Positions 29,202-33,999 of a stretch of DNA of 33,999 nucleotides are shown here, piece after piece. How positions within the stretch are numbered: position 1 is the first letter of the stretch; each line of letters begins with the position of its first letter. The translations under genes were made by a program, and so were the position numbers. The notes under the pieces are model-generated. The model made no database searches. It had not been told where the DNA came from and saw only the letters and a list, made by a program, of their open reading frames with translations. Source of the DNA: Clostridiaceae bacterium (GTDB lineage: Bacteria; Bacillota; Clostridia; Oscillospirales; Acutalibacteraceae); the NCBI GenBank assembly GCA_016295895.1, contig JAEDKI010000001.1, positions 1 through 33,999 on the forward strand. Direction: 5' to 3'.

Positions 29202-29292
29202 CTTGTTTCCTCCTTTTAATATACTCTGACACTGTTAATGATTCTGTTTCCTTTTTGATGCCAAGCAAATTGCATTTAATGGACATTTAAGC

Positions 29293-29337
29293 AAAAAAGA
29301 CCTGTTTTATGGAATTTTAATCCTTGAGACAGGTCTT
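29293..29337 (-). terminator. Intrinsic terminator of the propeller-GH43-lipase operon
   Basis: AAGACCTGT...ACAGGTCTT stem with a T run on the minus strand. Confidence 0.75.
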
Positions 29338-29354
29338 AAACCGAGTATTATTTT

Positions 29355-30815
29355 TTATTTTGCTGTTCTGAAATTCTGATCATAGCCCGAAACCATGAAC
29401 TGCGGATACTTGCTTGATGCGCCTGCATAGAATTCGCCGTCATATGTTAAAAGCCAAATCATAAAGTCGCTGTAATCGCTTCCGTATCTGCAAGAAACGT
29501 GCGGAGCATCTTTGATTGCATAAGTATATTTCGGGAAATGAGCAGTTGAAAGGTCAACAATTCTGTCGGGAGAAAGATATTTCGGATTTTTCGCCACATA
29601 ATCGTCACCGAGAGTCTCTCCGTATTTTGCAACGGTCGCATATCCCGATGTGTTTACGGTTTCAAGAGTTCCGTCACCGTTCCAATCAGCGCTCTCGTTA
29701 AAGGGAGTAAGCGGAGAGTTATAGTTCGATACAATTGCAATCTTAACTCCGCTGTTAATCATTTTATTCAGAAGCTTATCTCTGCCCGCCATCATTGCCT
29801 GAAGTCGGTCTGCTCTTTTAAGAAAATCAGCATTTTCAGCGTTTCTTCCGCCAAGCATGAAATCGATTGCCGATTCATAATCCTCGGGCTGGACAAGACC
29901 CCAAAGAGACAGCATATGGCCGAAAATCGGTTTCAGAATTCTGTCATAAATATCATCATAATAATATTCAAGGATAAAATCGGTAATCTCCGTCAGAAAA
30001 TCAAATCCGCCGATATCATTCAAAAAGCCGCAAAGCTCCTCAACAACGGGCTTATCTTTATTTTTAATCTGATAATTAAGGAAATTATAAAGATTATCAG
30101 CTTCAATGCTTACTCTGCCGTTGAGCAGATCTGACGCAACCTGAGCGCCGAAAAGAGTTGAGGACATAAACAGACAGCGTTCTATTTTATCATAGCCGTA
30201 TTTGGTCAGATAAGCAAGGGTCATTATTCCGCCCATGCTTGCGCAGACAATGCTGACCTTTTTGTGACCCGTTTCCTTTACGGCGGTTTCAACAAGAGTG
30301 TTAATTTCATCTGCAACAACAAACGGATCAAGACGCCAATCATAATTCAAATAATAAGTGTGATCTCCGCCGAAATTTTCAATGCAAGCTCTTGCCATGC
30401 CGAGTTCGTTAAATTCGCCCTCAACAAGCTCCTGATAATTGCCTGCGCCCTCGGTATACTTTGGCTGACCGATGTTATAGAGCGAATCTCCGTTTTCATC
30501 AATAGTCAGATATTTCAGCAAATTATAAGCGTAATTAATGACAATATCAATGGCTTCATCGGTTCTGAAAAAGCTGAGATTAGCAAAAACACCTGCAAGC
30601 TTCAAAAGAAGCTGGGGAACATCGACATCAAGAATCGGCTTTTCATTTTCGGTTCCGTAGTCAACATAAAGACCTGCAAAATCCATTCCTCTGACCACAA
30701 TAACAGGAACATTTTCGCATTCATCAGGGTCATGGGCTTTTGAGCCTGCAAAGGCAGGAATAGCCGATACAAGCAAAATTGAGATTGCAAGAATAATACT
30801 GATAACCTTTTTCAT
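29355..30815 (-). CDS. Secreted alpha/beta-hydrolase (LCAT/PGAP1-like lipase or acyltransferase)
   Basis: Signal peptide MKKVISIILAISILLVSAIPAFA; PVIVVRG, NYDWRLDP, nucleophile elbow CASMGG, GDGT, late His (APHV). ATG 30815 preferred over 30824 on RBS spacing. Confidence 0.8.
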   Translation of the reverse strand: MKKVISIILAISILLVSAIPAFAGSKAHDPDECENVPVIVVRGMDFAGLYVDYGTENEKPILDVDVPQLLLKLAGVFANLSFFRTDEAIDIVINYAYNLLKYLTIDENGDSLYNIGQPKYTEGAGNYQELVEGEFNELGMARACIENFGGDHTYYLNYDWRLDPFVVADEINTLVETAVKETGHKKVSIVCASMGGIMTLAYLTKYGYDKIERCLFMSSTLFGAQVASDLLNGRVSIEADNLYNFLNYQIKNKDKPVVEELCGFLNDIGGFDFLTEITDFILEYYYDDIYDRILKPIFGHMLSLWGLVQPEDYESAIDFMLGGRNAENADFLKRADRLQAMMAGRDKLLNKMINSGVKIAIVSNYNSPLTPFNESADWNGDGTLETVNTSGYATVAKYGETLGDDYVAKNPKYLSPDRIVDLSTAHFPKYTYAIKDAPHVSCRYGSDYSDFMIWLLTYDGEFYAGASSKYPQFMVSGYDQNFRTAK

Positions 30816-30828
30816 TTTTTTCATCCTT

Positions 30829-31677
30829 TCAAATTATATGCAAACAGTCATTTTCTTCAGTTAAATCAAACAAAACGGGTCTTTCAAGCGGATGATTATT
30901 GGGAGAATGAAGAATCAGATGCAGCGACCCTGAATAATCCTCAAAAATCATGCCGTGACCGCCGTTTTCATCAAACAACAGTTCTTCATGGCGCCAATTG
31001 CCGTCAATTTCTCCGTTATCTGACGAAGATACCGCCTGAACATATCCCTTTTCATTGATTGAAGACCAAATCATCAGCAGTTTTCCGCCCTGCGTGCGAT
31101 ACATGAACGGCCCGTCGGTTATAAAATCTTTGCGGCTTTTATCTGCCCAAAACGGCTCAGACGCCTTGAACAGAACAAACGGTTCTCCTGCGGGAGAAGA
31201 CAAATCGGCAGAAAGCTTCATTGCGCACATTTCGCCGTCTTTAACCTGAACCCATTCATGGCAAAATACTATGTAAGGATCGCCGTTTTTATCAATATAA
31301 AGAGTTCCGTCAAGACATTGCCAATCACGGGGAGTTATTGCATCGTTTGAAGTCGGAACAAAAGGCCCTTCGGGAGAGTCACTTTGAAGAATCTGAGTTC
31401 CCCTGAGTCTGCTGTCAGAGCGCAGAGAAACAAACATATTGAACTTGCCGTTATAATAATGAACCTCGGGAGCCCAGATTTCTTTGTCAGCCCAAAATCC
31501 GTCGGGAACGCTGAAGCACTCTTTCGCCTCACTCCAATTTTCAAGATCTGTGCTGACATATACATCAAGTCCGCAGGCAATTTTCCAAGCGGTTTCGCCA
31601 CGGGTTCCGTAGAGATAATACTTTCCGTCAAACGGCAAAATAAACGGATCACGAATATGTATATCCGAAAACTTCAT
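30829..31677 (-). CDS. Glycoside hydrolase family 43, single catalytic domain, no signal peptide
   Basis: HIRDPFIL, WAPEVH, CLDGTLY, HEWVQ, ITDGPF, GGHGMIF; TGATG coupling to the upstream gene with a GGAGG RBS. Confidence 0.92.
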   Translation of the reverse strand: MKFSDIHIRDPFILPFDGKYYLYGTRGETAWKIACGLDVYVSTDLENWSEAKECFSVPDGFWADKEIWAPEVHYYNGKFNMFVSLRSDSRLRGTQILQSDSPEGPFVPTSNDAITPRDWQCLDGTLYIDKNGDPYIVFCHEWVQVKDGEMCAMKLSADLSSPAGEPFVLFKASEPFWADKSRKDFITDGPFMYRTQGGKLLMIWSSINEKGYVQAVSSSDNGEIDGNWRHEELLFDENGGHGMIFEDYSGSLHLILHSPNNHPLERPVLFDLTEENDCLHII

Positions 31678-32549
31678 CAGCATTCCTCCGTAAAATTAAC
31701 TTTATAGTGATGAACAAATACGCCTAATACTTTATTATAGTCAAGAACATGCATAACAGAACCATCGTCTGATTGCCAAAAGGTCATGCCCTCTGCTTCA
31801 ACATTTTCACCGCCGACATTTCGTTTAGCGGCAAGGCTGACATTTCCCGTTTCAACATTAACTCTGATAATATTCTTATAATTGCCACTGTCTTTTGTGT
31901 CATTTGAGAGATAGAGAACTCCGTTAAGAAATTCACCGCCCTGAATTCTGTCGATTTCGCCAAGACCGGTAAGCGGTATTTCTTTGACAAGCTTCATTGA
32001 ATCGTTAACATCATAAGCATAAAGCGTCTGAGCATGAGACCATTTTGAAGCATATAACAGACCCGTCTGAGAATCAACGGCAAGCCATGGCACACCATCG
32101 GAATAAATCTCATTCGGCAAATCGTATATTTCGCCCGTTGATTTTAATGTTTTGCAGTCGAAAACAACAATGCATGCCTTGCACTCGTCGCCACCCTCAA
32201 CGGAAGCGTAAATTTTGCCGTTATAAACGCTGATGCCGCCGATATGATTGTTACCTCTTTCGGAACACTTTTTCGGCAAGGGATTAACGGCAGAATCAAC
32301 CAACTCAAAATCATCAAAGGTGAATTTGCCGAGAGCCGTCAGATTAACTGCGGCTATGGCGCCGCTTGTGTAATAATATTCGCCGTCGGTCGCTATGCCC
32401 TGACCCATAAGCAATGCTTTTTCAAAAACAAAAACATCCTGCGAAACAAGCTCTGCAGTTTCGGTCGATTCAGCCGCAGGGGTTGTCAGCAAGGTTAACA
32501 GCAATAACGGCAAAGTCAGAACAGACATTATTTTTCTTATCAAAACCAT
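31677..32549 (-). CDS. Secreted hypothetical beta-propeller protein
   Basis: Signal-like N terminus (RKIMSVLTLPLLLLTLLTTPA); five blade-like units: QGIATDGEYYYTS, HIGGISVYNGKIYAS, PWLAVDSQTGLLYAS, IQGGEFLNGVLYLS, EAEGMTFW. Start set at ATG 32549. Confidence 0.75.
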   Translation of the reverse strand: MVLIRKIMSVLTLPLLLLTLLTTPAAESTETAELVSQDVFVFEKALLMGQGIATDGEYYYTSGAIAAVNLTALGKFTFDDFELVDSAVNPLPKKCSERGNNHIGGISVYNGKIYASVEGGDECKACIVVFDCKTLKSTGEIYDLPNEIYSDGVPWLAVDSQTGLLYASKWSHAQTLYAYDVNDSMKLVKEIPLTGLGEIDRIQGGEFLNGVLYLSNDTKDSGNYKNIIRVNVETGNVSLAAKRNVGGENVEAEGMTFWQSDDGSVMHVLDYNKVLGVFVHHYKVNFTEEC

Positions 32550-32660
32550 AATTTCTTTCTCCCGCTTAAACTTTAACAATATATTAACATATATAATTCA
32601 GAATTTCAAATTATAAACAGTTTTTTGTTAACAAAAAATTTCTATTTTTTTTGTTTAGTA

Positions 32661-32689
32661 TTTACAATTTTTTCGTCTTTTGTTATAAT
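32661..32689 (+). promoter_or_regulatory. Putative sigma-A promoter of the PHP-domain gene
   Basis: TTTACA (32661-32666), 17 nt, TATAAT (32684-32689) with TG extension; GGAGGT RBS before ATG 32726. Confidence 0.7.
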
Positions 32690-32725
32690 ACATAATAAAT
32701 AAAGCAAAAAATCGGAGGTAAAGAA

Positions 32726-33999
32726 ATGCAAAAATTCAAAAAAGCTCTCTCGGTTATGCTTGCGACAGCATTGCTTTTGACGGGTTCTTCCCTCGCATTT
32801 GCCGCAACAGACACCGACTACGCAATCACAAACCCCTATGCTTCGGTTGATTTCAACACATGGAATCAATACAAAGCTGATCTTCACAGCCACACAACTT
32901 TCAGCGACGGCCATAACACTCTGCCCGAAATGGCTGAAAGACATTACGAGCTCGGTTTTGATATATATGCAATAACCGACCACGGCACAAACAGCATCGG
33001 CTACACCACTCAGAAATTCAACACGGCAATGGAAGTTGTTTCCGTTATCAAAAACGACGGTGAGCATCACGACGAGGTACTTTCTTCAAGCGGAACTGCC
33101 GCAAACGGAAATGGATATAAAGTAGAAACCGTCAACGGCGATGAATATTACACACAGACTCTTGCGAACGGCGACGGTCAGTCTATGATGAGAGTTCCTT
33201 TCGGAATTGAGCACAACCCCACATCATTCAACAACGCCCATGTAAACTCCTTCTTTGTAAATTACGGCACGGGAATCGTCGGCGGAACAAGCAACTACCT
33301 CGCCCCCATAAGCAAGGTTCAGGAGCTCGGCGGCGTTTCGGTTATCAATCATCCCGGCGAATACACAAACGCAAGAGATGAAGTTTACACCGCAGACGCA
33401 TACAACATCGAAAATACGCATTATAAATATGTAATAAACAAATACGCAAACATTCTCAAGACCTATGACACCTGCATCGGCATTGACATCAACAGCAAGG
33501 GCGATTCACGCACCCGCTTTGACAGAAAGCTTTGGGATATTCTTCTTCAAAAGGTTGTTCCGAGCGGCAGAAATGTTTTTGCAATCGGCTCAACCGACGC
33601 TCACAACCTTGATATAGTTGATTCGGGTTATACCGTTGTTCTTATGCCTGAGCTTACTTCCCATGCTCTTAAAACCGCTCTTTCAACCGGCACATTCTTT
33701 GCGGCAAGCAAATATATCGGCAATGTTGATGAACTTGCAGGCTACAGTGCAACTCTGCTTGCTTCTGAGAATTCCGAAGCTGTTGAATTCGGCAAGGAAA
33801 TTGCGGAATGTGTTGAAACAATTAACACCGAGATTGCGGAAAACGGCAGTCAGGGCACTAAATACAAGGTTGAAGACGGATTTGCCGCTCCCAAGGTTAC
33901 AAACATCGTTGTTGACGATGCGGAAGACACTATAGCTATCACCGCCGAGAACGCTCTCCTTGTTCATTGGATTGCTGACGGCAAGGTTATTGCGACCGG
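32726..33999 (+). CDS. Secreted PHP-domain (polymerase/histidinol phosphatase-like) metal-dependent phosphoesterase; runs off the right edge
   Basis: Not in the ORF track. Manual translation: MQKFKKALSVMLATALLLTGSSLAFA signal peptide, then KADLHSHTTFSDG, AITDHG, GIEHN...AHVNS, VINHPG and GSTDAH, which are the PHP metal-ligand motifs. Confidence 0.88.
   Translation, partial: MQKFKKALSVMLATALLLTGSSLAFAATDTDYAITNPYASVDFNTWNQYKADLHSHTTFSDGHNTLPEMAERHYELGFDIYAITDHGTNSIGYTTQKFNTAMEVVSVIKNDGEHHDEVLSSSGTAANGNGYKVETVNGDEYYTQTLANGDGQSMMRVPFGIEHNPTSFNNAHVNSFFVNYGTGIVGGTSNYLAPISKVQELGGVSVINHPGEYTNARDEVYTADAYNIENTHYKYVINKYANILKTYDTCIGIDINSKGDSRTRFDRKLWDILLQKVVPSGRNVFAIGSTDAHNLDIVDSGYTVVLMPELTSHALKTALSTGTFFAASKYIGNVDELAGYSATLLASENSEAVEFGKEIAECVETINTEIAENGSQGTKYKVEDGFAAPKVTNIVVDDAEDTIAITAENALLVHWIADGKVIAT

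Noticed and set aside
32642..33967. Short ORF-track calls at 32642-33070, 33224-33421, 33618-33935 and 33683-33967
   Set aside because: They are antisense or off-frame shadows of the PHP-domain gene starting at 32726.

Overview
Window of a low-GC Firmicute chromosome. Gene order, sigma-A promoters and a sortase-type anchor suggest a Clostridia/Oscillospirales-type anaerobe; this is inference. From left to right it holds: the housekeeping operon rpiR-HI0933-cmk-plsC-ispH (minus strand, ispH truncated by the edge); a divergent GH95 fucosidase coupled to a HAD hydrolase; plsY; a sortase-type surface protein with five InlB-B repeats; guaA; a complete BceRS-BceAB-type peptide-sensing module; a GH31 glycosidase; tRNA-Gly(CCC); and a secreted hypothetical protein. 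Next comes a self-contained three-gene operon (TerB_N/TerB_C protein, DUF2791/BrxD-like ATPase, Lhr-like helicase) matching the Shango anti-phage architecture. After it lie a 1433-aa Ig/BspA-LRR protein and a secreted beta-propeller + GH43 + secreted lipase operon, divergent from a secreted PHP phosphoesterase that is truncated and absent from the ORF track. No integrase, transposase, CRISPR array or prophage gene was seen. Best leads: (1) a compact Shango-like operon apparently lacking the central TerB domain, with a palindrome over its promoter; (2) a surface protein with a 47-residue uncharged Gly/Ala-rich segment between two duplicated repeats, under a palindrome-overlapped promoter and a structured leader; (3) a possible lipid-phosphoglycan degradation cluster; (4) a degenerate chagasin/I42-like domain on the LRR protein. 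All family calls come from motif recognition by eye; no searches were run.
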